Below are positions 17,621 to 27,824 of a stretch of DNA of 64,000 nt, piece by piece. Origin of the DNA: an uncultured Methanosarcinales archaeon (GTDB taxonomy: Archaea > Nanobdellota > Nanobdellia > Woesearchaeales > CAIVOO01); assembly GCA_964485195.1 (NCBI GenBank), contig CAZAIK010000003.1:800-64799 (forward strand), written 5' to 3'. Within the stretch, counting starts at the first letter, position 1. Each line of letters opens with the position of its first letter. A program made the translations under genes and the position numbers. The notes beneath the pieces are model-generated. The model was not told where the DNA came from and searched no databases. It saw nothing but the letters and a program-made list of their open reading frames with translations.

Positions 17621-19060
17621 ATGGCACTGACAATAGAAGACATATCAACATTCTGCAAGAAAAAGGGGTTTGTATACAGAAGTTCGGACATATATGGCGG
17701 ATTTGCAGGATTCTGGGATTTCGGTCCTCTGGGAGCGGAATTGTTCAATAACATAAAGCAGAACTGGTGGAAATACTTTGTCCATCAAAAGGAAAATGTG
17801 GTTGGCATTGATGCAAGTATCATCAGCCATCCGAAAACCTGGAAGGCTTCGGGGCATCTTCAAAGCTTCAAGGATGTTGCTGTCATATGCAAAAAATGCA
17901 AGTATGCCACAAAGCTTGACCCCAGCGAGTTTGGGAAAGTTAAATGCAAAAACTGCGGCGGGGAGTATGAAAAACAGGGAGAATTCAACCTCATGTTCAA
18001 GACAAAGGTAGGGGCCCTCACACCAGTAGATGCATATCTGAGGGGAGAAACTGCCCAGGCAATGTTCATGGATTTCAAGCTTGTTACAGAAACCTCAAGG
18101 GTGAAACTTCCTTTCGGAATTGCGCAGGTTGGGAGGTGCTTCAGGAATGAGATAGCTCCAAGAGACTTCATTTTCAGGAGCAGGGAATTCCACATAGGGG
18201 AGCTGGAATTTTTCATACATCCTGATGAAAAGACTTGCAGTCTCCTGGATAAGGAACACTTGAACACTAAGCTAAAGCTTCTTGATGCAGAAACGCAGGA
18301 AAAAGGAAAGGGAACACTGAAGGAAACAACAATCGGGCAGATGATAAAGGATAAAAGGTTAGGAGAATGGCACGCTTACTGGCTTGCAGAGCAGATAATG
18401 TGGATGCAATCAATTGGTATCACTAAATTAAAAGTGAGGGAACATACAAAAGATGAGCTTTCTCATTATTCATCCGCAACTCTTGATATGGACTATGAAT
18501 ACCCCTTCGGAAGCGAGGAAATAACGGGCAACGCCAACAGGGGACAGTATGACTTAAAGCAGCACATTAAGGAAAGCAAACAGAAGCTTGAGTTTTTTGA
18601 TGAGGAGACCAAGAAAAAAGTGACTCCGAGAGTTATAGAGCCGACATTCGGGATGGAGCGCGTTTTCCTGGCCGCCATAACAGAGGCTTATAATGATGAT
18701 AAAAAAAGAGGGAACATAGTGCTAAAGCTTGACCCAAGACTGAGTCCTGTAAAGGCAGCGGTCTTCCCCCTGGTTTCAAACAAGCCGGAACTTGTTGACA
18801 AGGCAAGGGAGATTTTCGGTATTTTGAGCAGGGGATTCAACTGCCAGCTTGACACTTCAGGAAGCATTGGGAGAAGGTACGCAAGACAGGATGAGATTGG
18901 CACTCCTTTTTGCATAACTGTGGATTTTGATTCCCTGAAAAATAATGACGTAACGATCAGGGACAGGGATTCCACAGAGCAAAAGAGGATTAAAATAAAA
19001 GATCTGAAAGGTGTTTTGTCAAAAATTTTAAATAAAGAGGCGGAGTTTAAAGAACTATGA
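17621..19060 (+). CDS. glyS: glycyl-tRNA synthetase (archaeal/eukaryal alpha2 type)
   Basis: SSDIYGGFAGFWDFGPLG, GRCFRNEIAPRDFIFRSREF, and a C-terminal anticodon-binding domain. Confidence 0.9.
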   Translation: MALTIEDISTFCKKKGFVYRSSDIYGGFAGFWDFGPLGAELFNNIKQNWWKYFVHQKENVVGIDASIISHPKTWKASGHLQSFKDVAVICKKCKYATKLDPSEFGKVKCKNCGGEYEKQGEFNLMFKTKVGALTPVDAYLRGETAQAMFMDFKLVTETSRVKLPFGIAQVGRCFRNEIAPRDFIFRSREFHIGELEFFIHPDEKTCSLLDKEHLNTKLKLLDAETQEKGKGTLKETTIGQMIKDKRLGEWHAYWLAEQIMWMQSIGITKLKVREHTKDELSHYSSATLDMDYEYPFGSEEITGNANRGQYDLKQHIKESKQKLEFFDEETKKKVTPRVIEPTFGMERVFLAAITEAYNDDKKRGNIVLKLDPRLSPVKAAVFPLVSNKPELVDKAREIFGILSRGFNCQLDTSGSIGRRYARQDEIGTPFCITVDFDSLKNNDVTIRDRDSTEQKRIKIKDLKGVLSKILNKEAEFKEL

Positions 19061-19878
19061 GGAATGCGCTGTACTTCCTAACTTCCTTATTTTTTGCACT
19101 TTTGATAATCACGCTTGTCCACGAAGGCTCGCCCTCGTTCACTGGAATGGCAACATTCGCAACCAACGAGCAGACCAGGGCGGTTGTTAATGTCCTGAAA
19201 GCCGACAGCGCTGCCAGATTGCTTGGGGAAGGGGCTGAAATTTGCCTGGTGGTTGATATTGACAATCAGACTACATATTACTACCAGCTTGTCAAGTCAG
19301 GAAACCTTCTGGATGTTCAGGAAACCTATTGCGCAGATTCAGGGCAGGATAATGTCATAATAAATGTTAATTCTTATGATGACCTGCTTTCAGCCCGCCA
19401 AAATCTCAGGGATTTTATCATAGAAAAAAGGAACACGGCCTATTACCTTTTTCCCTCAAATTACATACAGCCGGCAGGGGAAGTTCAATGCACCCCCTCA
19501 TTCCAGCAGAGGTATTGCGGAGCCCTCTACAAATATTTCACTTCATCCCAACTGGCAAGTCGGGATATGGTATGCTGTGCAAACTATGAATTAAGCCCTG
19601 AACAGCGGAGCGCTTTGACAGAGATAAGAAGGGGGAAAGAGGAAGCTGCAGCCCCTTTCTTTTTCAGCACCACGGGAATTATGATAATAATATCAGTAAT
19701 AGTTGCAGTAATAATAGTGTTGACAATTGTATTGACAAGAGGAAAAAGCCCTCTTGATGAGTACATTGAAAAGACTAAAAAACAGGGTTACGCTGATGAG
19801 CAGATAATGAATTACCTGGTTCAGTCAGGATGGCCTGCGGAGGAAGTGGCAAAAGTTTTGAGAAAAAAGAAAAAATGA
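19057..19878 (+). CDS. Cys-rich surface protein with C-terminal TM and cytoplasmic helical tail
   Basis: ATGA overlap with glyS, N-terminal TM, and C-terminal TM IMIIISVIVAVIIVLTIVL. The tail is DEYIEKTKKQGYADEQIMNYLVQSGWPAEEV. Confidence 0.55.
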   Translation: MRNALYFLTSLFFALLIITLVHEGSPSFTGMATFATNEQTRAVVNVLKADSAARLLGEGAEICLVVDIDNQTTYYYQLVKSGNLLDVQETYCADSGQDNVIINVNSYDDLLSARQNLRDFIIEKRNTAYYLFPSNYIQPAGEVQCTPSFQQRYCGALYKYFTSSQLASRDMVCCANYELSPEQRSALTEIRRGKEEAAAPFFFSTTGIMIIISVIVAVIIVLTIVLTRGKSPLDEYIEKTKKQGYADEQIMNYLVQSGWPAEEVAKVLRKKKK

Positions 19879-20009
19879 TCATATGTAACCCATAATCATC
19901 AATATAGCCAAGACAATAACAATTGCGGCAACAAATTTGATAAAATCCCTGTATTTATTCTCCATAGCAAGCCTTTACCTGCAAAACTTTTTAAATTTTT
20001 ATTTATTTT

Positions 20010-20704
20010 ATGCTGAAAATGGATCTTGAAACTTTAAATTTGCTTATTAAGGAAATTGAGGATATAAAAAACCTTTTCTTTTCAAACGTTAAAGGGAATA
20101 TCAGTGAAATTGTAAATATCTTAAACAAGCGGAAGAAAAAGCTGGATAAAGATGATACAGCCGAATTTTTGGACAGCCTCCTGGATTACGCTGCTCATGT
20201 TGCTGAAACAACAGAAAGAGATACTCAAAGAAATATAGATTCTTCTTTTTTCATTAATTCGCTTGAACGATTTCTCAAGTATTTAAATGCTGAGAAAAGG
20301 AAGTTGAACAAGAATGTGCAGGGACAGGCAAAAATGAATGATATTGACAAAATATTTATTAATTTTGCCAACGAACTTGAGAAAAACCTCATTCCAAGAC
20401 CGATTGTGAGTACCACAAGGTCGATAAATGGTTCAGGGGAAATATCTACAAGACCTACCATCTAGGTAATCCCCTAGGCCTTATAGTAAAATATGAAGGT
20501 ATCTCTGCAACTCCTCTGCTTTTAGTTGATTTTAATGAAGCTGATTTAAAAAGTGGTAAATTAAAAGCTGAGGTTCACTTAAACAGGATAAATCTTGAAC
20601 GTGTCAGCCCCCTTATTGAAAAAACAAAAACAAAACTTGAAAAAAATGGGGATAGAATTCTTGTGGTCAGAAAGCGGGGAATCTGCCTGGCCTGGGCTTT
20701 ATGA
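20010..20704 (+). pseudogene. hypothetical gene interrupted by a frameshift in an A5 run (or assembly indel)
   Basis: The frame-0 ORF ends at 20465. A start-less frame open from 20381 to TGA 20702-20704 reads protein-like. One extra A in run 20382-20386 would fuse the two. Confidence 0.45.
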
Positions 20705-20755
20705 ATTCCTTCCTCCAAAAACTATTTAAATGGCCCTCTGAAAAAAGACTATCAT

Positions 20756-20829
20756 GGGGCGGTAGCTCAGACTGGGAGAGCACACGGCTGAAGACCGTGG
20801 AGTCCGGGGTTCAAATCCCCGTCGCCCCA
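20756..20829 (+). tRNA. tRNA-Phe (GAA)
   Basis: Cloverleaf elements are acceptor GGGGCGG/TCGCCCC, D-arm TAGCTCAGACTGGGAGAGC, anticodon stem CACGG/CCGTG with loop CTGAAGA, and T-arm CGGGGTTCAAATCCCCG. No encoded CCA. Confidence 0.9.
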
Positions 20830-20846
20830 TCTTTTTTCAGAATTGG

Positions 20847-21988
20847 TTAATCATAATCCTTCAGCAGCACTCCCAGGATTATCGGCCCTAAAAAAGTGGC
20901 GAGTATTGAGAGAAAAATTATTGCAGAGACCAACGCAGAATCCAGAAGGTTGAGGCCTGAAGCCACATAAACCACAGCAAGAGTAGTGGTGAGCTGGATT
21001 ACGGAAGCAGTTCCAAAGATTGCCGAATCTTTTGGTGAAAACCTGGCGATTCTTCCTGCTATATGCCCACTTCCAAATTTGGAGAGAATAAGCCCTGTGC
21101 TAACGGCGGCCACTATTGCTATTCCCTTGCCCAGCTCCCCAAAGATTGAGAAATCCATCTGCATTCCAAGTATGAAGAAAAAGATAGGATAAAAAGGCCA
21201 TATCCCAGTGTATGAAACTTGGACATAATGCCTTCTGAAACAGAGGCCCTGGAGAGTATCATGCCAATAATAAATGCTGCAAGTATGGGATGCGCCCCCA
21301 ATAATGAGAAGAATATCAACACACCTATAATCAGCACTATCACAAAACGAAGCTGTTTCTCGTAATATGTTTTGCTCCTGAACCTTCTTTTTACAAGATA
21401 TTCAAATATCTTGGGGATGAATATGAACATCAAAACCAAGGAGATTAAAAGAATTGCAAAATACAGAGGGAGCGGCAAAGAAGTGATCCTTGAAACTTCC
21501 TGCAGACTAAAGCTAAGAAGGATAAGGCTTGTGATGTCAGCAATAATTACTGAGGACAAAATTGCCTGGCCCAGCTTCCTTCTTATAATCCCTGCATTTT
21601 CAAGTACGGGCACACTTGCAATTGCAGAGGAGGAGATGAAGATTACACCTACCAGGAAGCTGATAAACCAAGGATAACCAAAAAACCTGGCTATTGCTAA
21701 ACCAAAGGCAAAGGGCACAGCCATGTTCATTCCAGCCATCATTATTACTTTATACCGCAATTCCTTTATCATACCAAGATTTGTGTCAAGCCCTGCCATA
21801 AACATCAGGAATGCCATCCCCAGAAAGCCGAAGAATTCAATTATGGGATTAGTCTGCACATAGCCCAGTCCGTTTGGCCCTAAAACCGCCCCGATTATGA
21901 TAAGGGAAGTTACGAAAGGAATCCTTATCTTCTTGAAAAGTTCAGGAATGATAAGTCCTGCCAGAAGGATGACAAGCAGCACAATCAT
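20847..21988 (-). pseudogene. CPA2-type cation/H+ antiporter (Kef/NapA-like) split by a frameshift
   Basis: The ORFs 21988-21119 and 21164-20847 are collinear parts of one Na_H_exchanger protein. One extra base in the A5 run 21191-21195 would restore ...GLFYPIFFFILGMQMDF... Confidence 0.75.
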
Positions 21989-22054
21989 TGTCCCTATCTG
22001 TTCAGCTATAATTTTCTTGTTATAATGCCTTTTATTTTTTCCCTGAAATCAATA

Positions 22055-24301
22055 TCAAGCAGTCTGCAATATATTCGCTGCTATGAAATTAAACAGTACC
22101 ATTACAATAAGGGAAACAAGAACATATAATCCTACGGACCTGATGATATTCTTTCCCACAAGATAATCCCTGCTTACAGTGTCGGATCCGTTTTCAATGC
22201 CGTTGGACATCACAGTGAGTATGTAAATTATCTGAATTACGTAAATACCAACAATTATCTGGAAATAATAGGCGGGAATGCCGTCTCCGAATAAGTCTAC
22301 CAATCCTCCTGCTGTCCCTCCTGCCTGGGCTGCTCCAGCTGTTTCCTGAATTCTTTCCAGTTGCTGACCCAGTTTTCCGATTATGGTTGTAATCATGGAA
22401 GTTATTCCTATAACGATTCCGGAGATGGTTGGGGTCAGGAAATTAATCTGGGATTTTATGTCAGAGCTGATATCTGCCATCAGGTCCTTCAGTCTTTCAT
22501 CTACCTTGTGAATTTCCTTTATGTATCTTGAAACATTAATCAATGCTTGGGAGGCAATAAGGGGGCCTTTTTTTACACTGTCCACAAGCACCTTCATAGA
22601 GCTGTCTATGGTTTTTGAGGGAAACTCCATTAACGCGCCTGCTTTTGGGTCAAATATTGCCCTTTCTATTCCCATACCCAGTCTCCTGATGTTCATCTCG
22701 ACTGTCCTGAAAAAAGCCCCTGAAACTGTGCCTTCCATCACTGAGGCGACCTTTCCAAAAGCGATTTCAGCAGGGATGCCGTCTGCAAGCCTGTTCCCCA
22801 TCTGAAACAGTGCAGAAGCAAATTCTTCTTCCAGCTTTTTCGCTTTCTTTCGTATATCTATGATATTCTTAGTTCTTAACCTGTAATAAAGCCCTATTCC
22901 TGCAACACCTATTCCTAAAGGGATACCAAGGCTTAACACAGAAGCCCCCACCCCATAAGGGCCCAAAAGCTCGCCAGGATTTACCCTTGAAACTCTGTAC
23001 TCCAAAAACGAAAACTTGACCTGGCTCAGCTCCTCACTGGATGTATCGCTGTCTATGGTCCTGAATACGTAACCTTCCCGGGGATCTTCTATAATAACAA
23101 GATCCCACCGGGGATCCTCCTGAACCGCATGGATTATAATAGGAGAAAATGCTATGAATATGAAAACAAGGCATAAAACTGTGCATATAACCAGAGGGTT
23201 CAGTTTTAGCTCTGATCCTCCCACTTTTACGACAACGTTTTTGAATTTTTTAAGTTCAGGGTTCTCTTCTGTGATGTCTGTTTCGCCATAACCAGTTGGC
23301 CTTTTTGCAAGAGTGTTCTTGACAAGATAAAACACAGAAACAGGAAGGATGACGTTATAAAGCATGGCAAGATGATACCACTGGACATTTTCCATAAAAC
23401 TGACGACAAGAGGCAAGATAACCAGCCCAAGGATGGGCAGGATTATTCCCATCATATGTATCATAGTAATTGGAGACTTGAGATTCTGGGCGTAATGAAG
23501 CATTTTTTCATAAGTTTCGTTAAGCATAACAGAAAGGGCCTTGTCCAGCGTTGCCAACCTGTTTTTTTCCTCTCCTTCAAAGAGGGATGACTCTATCAGA
23601 TGGAATGCTTCTATAAATTCCATATTCCACTTTTTCCAGGTCCGGAGATAACGGTCAAGGCTTTCTTTCACAGACTCAAACTTTTCTGTTTCCACGTCCC
23701 ATATGACCTTTTTCAAATCCAGGGACAAAGGAGGGGTAAGGTGGTCTGAAGCGAAGTTTATGGCCCTTTCAAGGTTTGACGTGTGCCTCATATAAGTCAC
23801 TACGTAAAAAATGCAAAGAACCATCTGGTTGCTTGCCTTCATTCTCCAGCTGTTTGCCAGGAATTCAGGAAGCTTTGTCAGAGGAAAAATGAGCACAAGC
23901 CCAGCAAGAATAAAAAACATAATAAAAAACATAGATGTTTCTCCTCCTGTCAGGGCAGGCGCGAATAATGTGGCTAAAACTCCTATGAGAATGAATACAA
24001 CAGGTCCTAAGTATGCGAAGCTTATCGCCCCGGTAGGCGTTATGTTCAGGTGGCAGATATTTATGGCTTCCTGTATATTTGGCTCTGTTTTGGAATCAGG
24101 TTTTAATTTGAATACTTTTTCGCTGAAATTGCATACCTTTTCATAAAGAGTCATATGCCCGGGCATGAACTCTTTCTTGAATTCCTGGTATTCCTTTGTG
24201 GTTATGGGCTTGGCTTCTACTGGTTCCTCTTTTGACAACCCCCTTTCTAACTCCCTCTTGTATTTGGCAGCAAGCTCGCTTACAGACTTGTCATCTGCCA
24301 T
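22055..24301 (-). CDS. large polytopic membrane protein, probable FlaJ/PilC/TadC-like platform protein
   Basis: It has an 11-nt overlap with the upstream secretion ATPase, two clusters of TM helices separated by soluble regions, and is 748 aa. The call rests mostly on context. Confidence 0.55.
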   Translation of the reverse strand: MADDKSVSELAAKYKRELERGLSKEEPVEAKPITTKEYQEFKKEFMPGHMTLYEKVCNFSEKVFKLKPDSKTEPNIQEAINICHLNITPTGAISFAYLGPVVFILIGVLATLFAPALTGGETSMFFIMFFILAGLVLIFPLTKLPEFLANSWRMKASNQMVLCIFYVVTYMRHTSNLERAINFASDHLTPPLSLDLKKVIWDVETEKFESVKESLDRYLRTWKKWNMEFIEAFHLIESSLFEGEEKNRLATLDKALSVMLNETYEKMLHYAQNLKSPITMIHMMGIILPILGLVILPLVVSFMENVQWYHLAMLYNVILPVSVFYLVKNTLAKRPTGYGETDITEENPELKKFKNVVVKVGGSELKLNPLVICTVLCLVFIFIAFSPIIIHAVQEDPRWDLVIIEDPREGYVFRTIDSDTSSEELSQVKFSFLEYRVSRVNPGELLGPYGVGASVLSLGIPLGIGVAGIGLYYRLRTKNIIDIRKKAKKLEEEFASALFQMGNRLADGIPAEIAFGKVASVMEGTVSGAFFRTVEMNIRRLGMGIERAIFDPKAGALMEFPSKTIDSSMKVLVDSVKKGPLIASQALINVSRYIKEIHKVDERLKDLMADISSDIKSQINFLTPTISGIVIGITSMITTIIGKLGQQLERIQETAGAAQAGGTAGGLVDLFGDGIPAYYFQIIVGIYVIQIIYILTVMSNGIENGSDTVSRDYLVGKNIIRSVGLYVLVSLIVMVLFNFIAANILQTA

Positions 24302-26561
24302 GTTCCAGACTCCTCTTTTTTACAGCCTCTTTCAACCACTCGTTCCATTCAAAGAAAATCCTTTTGGAATCCAAGGTTCCTACTTCTTCTCTTACACGGT
24401 CTGAAATCCTGTGAAACTGGTCGTTTGCGAGTATGACAAACCCTGCTTCCAGCAAATCATTGTCATTTGTTTTTTCAGCCATGTCCACCAGTGCCTTTTT
24501 GATGTCTGCCCTGAGCTGTATGTTGTCCCATACTGCATCCCAGTTTCCAGCCCACTCCTTCACGTTTCCGGCTATGCTTTTAAGAATGTCTGAACCTCCG
24601 TGGGTAAAATCCTCAGTGGGTTTCAGGGTGTCTGTTTTTGAATCATACTTCATCAAGTCCATAAAGCCGTGCTCAAGCATAGGGTCGTCTTCCCAGTGCT
24701 TCCTGACCTCTGTTATGGAGGTTATCCTTCTCCACCTGTGAAGCCCGTCAGCAGACCTTATGGGGTTAGCTACAATAATGATGTCTGTGGCTTTGAAGCT
24801 TGTTTTCGGGACCTGTAAGTCGTTGACAACCCTGTCATAAACTCCGTAGGGGGAGTCACCGTGTATAGTCCCTGCCACCACGTTTGCCAAGGCCCCCACT
24901 CTCATAGCCTCGTATAAAGCTCTGGCTTCTGTTGACCTCACCTCCCCAACAAAAAGGGCGCTGTCACCAAGCCTCAGCGTTGTCCTTATCCCTTCATCTG
25001 CAGGCACTTCCGCTGTCCCTCTTGTCATCGCGCTGGCAACCTTCATCTGCTGGATGTTGTATCCCAGGTCAATCAAAGGCAGGACAGGCAATTCCAAAGT
25101 GTCTTCTATGGTGATAACCCTTGCGCTTCTCATAAGCTCAACCAGCAGGGAGCCAAGGAAGGAGGTCTTACCAGCGCTTCTTGTTCCGGCAACCAGTATG
25201 GTCCTTGAACCATCTATGATAAAGCTCACCAGTCCTGCTCCCAGGGGGTCAATCATCTTGTTCTTGATAAACAAGGGCAGGGTCCAGGGCTTGTCCCTGT
25301 GCCTTCTGAAGGCAAAAGCATATCCTGTCGGGTTGAGGGGGGAAGTTATTGCACCAACCCTCGCCCTTGCTCCCGGGAGGGTTATCTCTGTGTCAAGAAT
25401 GGGATTGGCCTCGTCCAAAGGCCTGCCTGAAAGAAGCCTTAACTTGGTTGCCCAGCTTTCAGCTTCAGTCCTGGTAGCTATTATGTTTGTCTTGCAGTTG
25501 TCAAAGTCAGCGTGGACTATGAACATAGGAGCCTTGCCCATAGGGCTGTTTATGGTAACATCCTGTATCTTCTCGTCCTCAAGCAAAACCTCTATCAGCC
25601 CGAAGCCGATAGTGTACCTAACCAGTATGTTTGTTAAATCCTCCAGCTGCTCGTCTGTAAGCTTCATATTCCTGTAATCTGCCAGCTCGCTTATTAGGTC
25701 CTTGCCTACATTGAAGAAAACCTGCCTCATTCTTTCCGGATCAGTGAACTCCTCCTTCTCCGGCTTGTGCTCTGCCATTATGTTCCTTGCCGAGTCAAGA
25801 ATCTCGTAATGATCCTCAGAAAGCTTGAACTCCGGCGGAATCATATGATAAAGCAGGTGAATAGTGTCCGGAAGCTTGAAAACAGTAATCTCTGTTTCGC
25901 CCAGGTCATAGCTTGCCAGCTCTTCCCCGTCAACAGGGTAGCTTGCCATTAACTTTGTGAACATGAAATCCGGCTTTATCGAAGGCCTGAGTATCTTTCT
26001 GTAAACGCTCCTGTCACCAATTTCATAGCCAGCAAGATAGGGGCGGGCGACATTTATCAGCTTGGTCTGGTCAAGAAGATTGTGGAGGTAAGTTAACAGC
26101 GAGATGTATTTTCTTTGCCCTTCCAAATCCTTGGGCTCCAAGTAATCATCAAGCTTTATTTTTTCAAGCCTGATAAGCCGTTTTAACTCCACATAAGCCC
26201 CTATGGGATCGCTTTTCAGCATCTTGAAAATTATTCTCTGAACATCTGCATACCTTTTCTCAAGGTCTTTTGTGAAACCATCAAATTTTAATGCTTCCAG
26301 GCTGAATAATTCTTTTTGCCTTGAAAGTTTCCTGTACAAATCTGCTATTTCATTCAGAAGCTGCACCTGCTCAAAGTCGTATTCATAGTCCCTTTTTTGC
26401 GTAAATATTACTTTGCTGGCGCCCACAACCTCAACAAGCTTGTCAATAACTTCAGTCATTACAGCAGGGTCATCCTCTATTGAGGGAATTCTTGAAACAC
26501 CTTCATAATCAAACTTGAGAATTGTTTCAGCGCCTTCTCTTACTATATCAACATTCGCCAT
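24291..26561 (-). CDS. type II/IV secretion-family ATPase (archaeal FlaI/PilB-like) with long N-terminal extension
   Basis: Walker A is AGTRSAGKTS, Walker B-like is ARVITIEDTLELP, and the His-box region is AGTIHGDSP. Confidence 0.85.
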   Translation of the reverse strand: MANVDIVREGAETILKFDYEGVSRIPSIEDDPAVMTEVIDKLVEVVGASKVIFTQKRDYEYDFEQVQLLNEIADLYRKLSRQKELFSLEALKFDGFTKDLEKRYADVQRIIFKMLKSDPIGAYVELKRLIRLEKIKLDDYLEPKDLEGQRKYISLLTYLHNLLDQTKLINVARPYLAGYEIGDRSVYRKILRPSIKPDFMFTKLMASYPVDGEELASYDLGETEITVFKLPDTIHLLYHMIPPEFKLSEDHYEILDSARNIMAEHKPEKEEFTDPERMRQVFFNVGKDLISELADYRNMKLTDEQLEDLTNILVRYTIGFGLIEVLLEDEKIQDVTINSPMGKAPMFIVHADFDNCKTNIIATRTEAESWATKLRLLSGRPLDEANPILDTEITLPGARARVGAITSPLNPTGYAFAFRRHRDKPWTLPLFIKNKMIDPLGAGLVSFIIDGSRTILVAGTRSAGKTSFLGSLLVELMRSARVITIEDTLELPVLPLIDLGYNIQQMKVASAMTRGTAEVPADEGIRTTLRLGDSALFVGEVRSTEARALYEAMRVGALANVVAGTIHGDSPYGVYDRVVNDLQVPKTSFKATDIIIVANPIRSADGLHRWRRITSITEVRKHWEDDPMLEHGFMDLMKYDSKTDTLKPTEDFTHGGSDILKSIAGNVKEWAGNWDAVWDNIQLRADIKKALVDMAEKTNDNDLLEAGFVILANDQFHRISDRVREEVGTLDSKRIFFEWNEWLKEAVKKRSLEHGR

Positions 26562-26670
26562 TAGTTCGCCTCTTTGTTTCTGCTAAGTGCTAACAATTAT
26601 TTTTAAAATACCCTCATTCAAGCTTATTAGAAGGGAATATATAAATATTACTGGTATTTCAATAGGTAAA

Positions 26671-27111
26671 ATGGCAGAACAATCTTCTGATGAAAAGAAA
26701 ACAGAACCCAATCCTGCACCAGCACCAAAACCAAAAAAAGGAGAGGAAGCTCCGGGTGCAGGACTGGCTGCGCAGGTTAATAGCCTGTCAAGGACAATAA
26801 AACTTCTTGAGGACAAATATTACAATTTAAGGAAGAAGGTCCAGGTTGATGAGGAGAATTCCCTTGCCCAGGACAAAAAGATGAGTAATGAGATAAAGGT
26901 GATAAAATCAGACGTCTTGGAAGTCAAAAAGGAAATGGAGGATCTGAAAGACAAAATCAGGCTGATAGTTAAAGAGCTAAAGATGACTGCCAATGCTGAA
27001 GACGTCAAGGTCCTAAAGAAATACCTTGACTTATGGGAGCCTGTGGAATTTGTAACAAGGAATGAAGTCAAGAAGATGATTGACAGCGCAATTGAAGGGA
27101 AATTCCAGTAA
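26671..27111 (+). CDS. coiled-coil protein with disordered Pro/Ala-rich N-terminus
   Basis: The ATG lies about 25 nt after ATATATAAATAT. Heptad-like region LEDKYYNLRKK...EMEDLKDKIRLIVKELK. Confidence 0.5.
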   Translation: MAEQSSDEKKTEPNPAPAPKPKKGEEAPGAGLAAQVNSLSRTIKLLEDKYYNLRKKVQVDEENSLAQDKKMSNEIKVIKSDVLEVKKEMEDLKDKIRLIVKELKMTANAEDVKVLKKYLDLWEPVEFVTRNEVKKMIDSAIEGKFQ

Positions 27112-27157
27112 AGCTTATCCAATACATTTATAAATAAAAACCCTATATTTTACTAAA

Positions 27158-27823
27158 ATGGCTGAGGGAACACCAACAGATTATGTGCTTAACATGAGGC
27201 AACAGGGACTTTCCAATAACCAGATAATCCAGTCTTTGCAGAGGGCTAATTATACCCCCCAGCAGATAGCAGATGCTATGGCTCAGGCAGACATCAAGCA
27301 TAATGTTGAATCATTTCCTTCACAGACTGCGCAGGAATCCCAAGATTATCCAAATTACCCTGCTCCTTCAGGCGCAGGCGACGCTTCCTCATCCTGGCCC
27401 CAGCAATCCCAGCAGATGGATGAGACAGCTCCTCCATCAGGAGGGTATCCAGAAGAGGGAGGGGCAGCATCTGCAATGGAATCGGCGGGTTTTTCCACAG
27501 AGGATTTGCAGCAGCTAATAGAGCAGATAATTGAGGAAAAATGGGAAGATTTGGTGAAGAACGTTTCAAGAATAGCTGACTGGAAGGAAAAGATGGATGC
27601 CAAAATAGCTGCACTGGAACAGCAGATTAATGACCTGAAATCCTCTTTTGACAAGCTTCACACTTCCATTCTTGAAAAGGTGGGTGAGTATGACAAGACC
27701 ATTTCCAGTGTGGGCACGGACATAAAAGCTTTGGAAACAGTGTTCAAGAAGATCCTCCCCGGCTTTGTTGAAAATGTTTCAGAACTCTCCAGGATAACTG
27801 AAGAGATGAAAAAGAAAAAATAA
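27158..27823 (+). CDS. coiled-coil protein with N-terminal helical module and low-complexity linker
   Basis: CATTTATAAAT lies about 25 nt upstream. N-terminal DYVLNMRQQGLSNNQIIQSLQRANYTPQQIADAM, and a C-terminal coiled coil. Confidence 0.55.
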   Translation: MAEGTPTDYVLNMRQQGLSNNQIIQSLQRANYTPQQIADAMAQADIKHNVESFPSQTAQESQDYPNYPAPSGAGDASSSWPQQSQQMDETAPPSGGYPEEGGAASAMESAGFSTEDLQQLIEQIIEEKWEDLVKNVSRIADWKEKMDAKIAALEQQINDLKSSFDKLHTSILEKVGEYDKTISSVGTDIKALETVFKKILPGFVENVSELSRITEEMKKKK

Positions 27824-27824
27824 T

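Noticed and set aside
19879-19965. 28-aa single-TM ORF on the minus strand (MENKYRDFIKFVAAIVIVLAILMIMGYI)
   Set aside because: It is too short to support without conservation or expression data.
25054-25677. 207-aa plus-strand ORF inside the secretion ATPase gene
   Set aside because: It is antisense to a strongly supported CDS with Walker motifs. It has no motif of its own.
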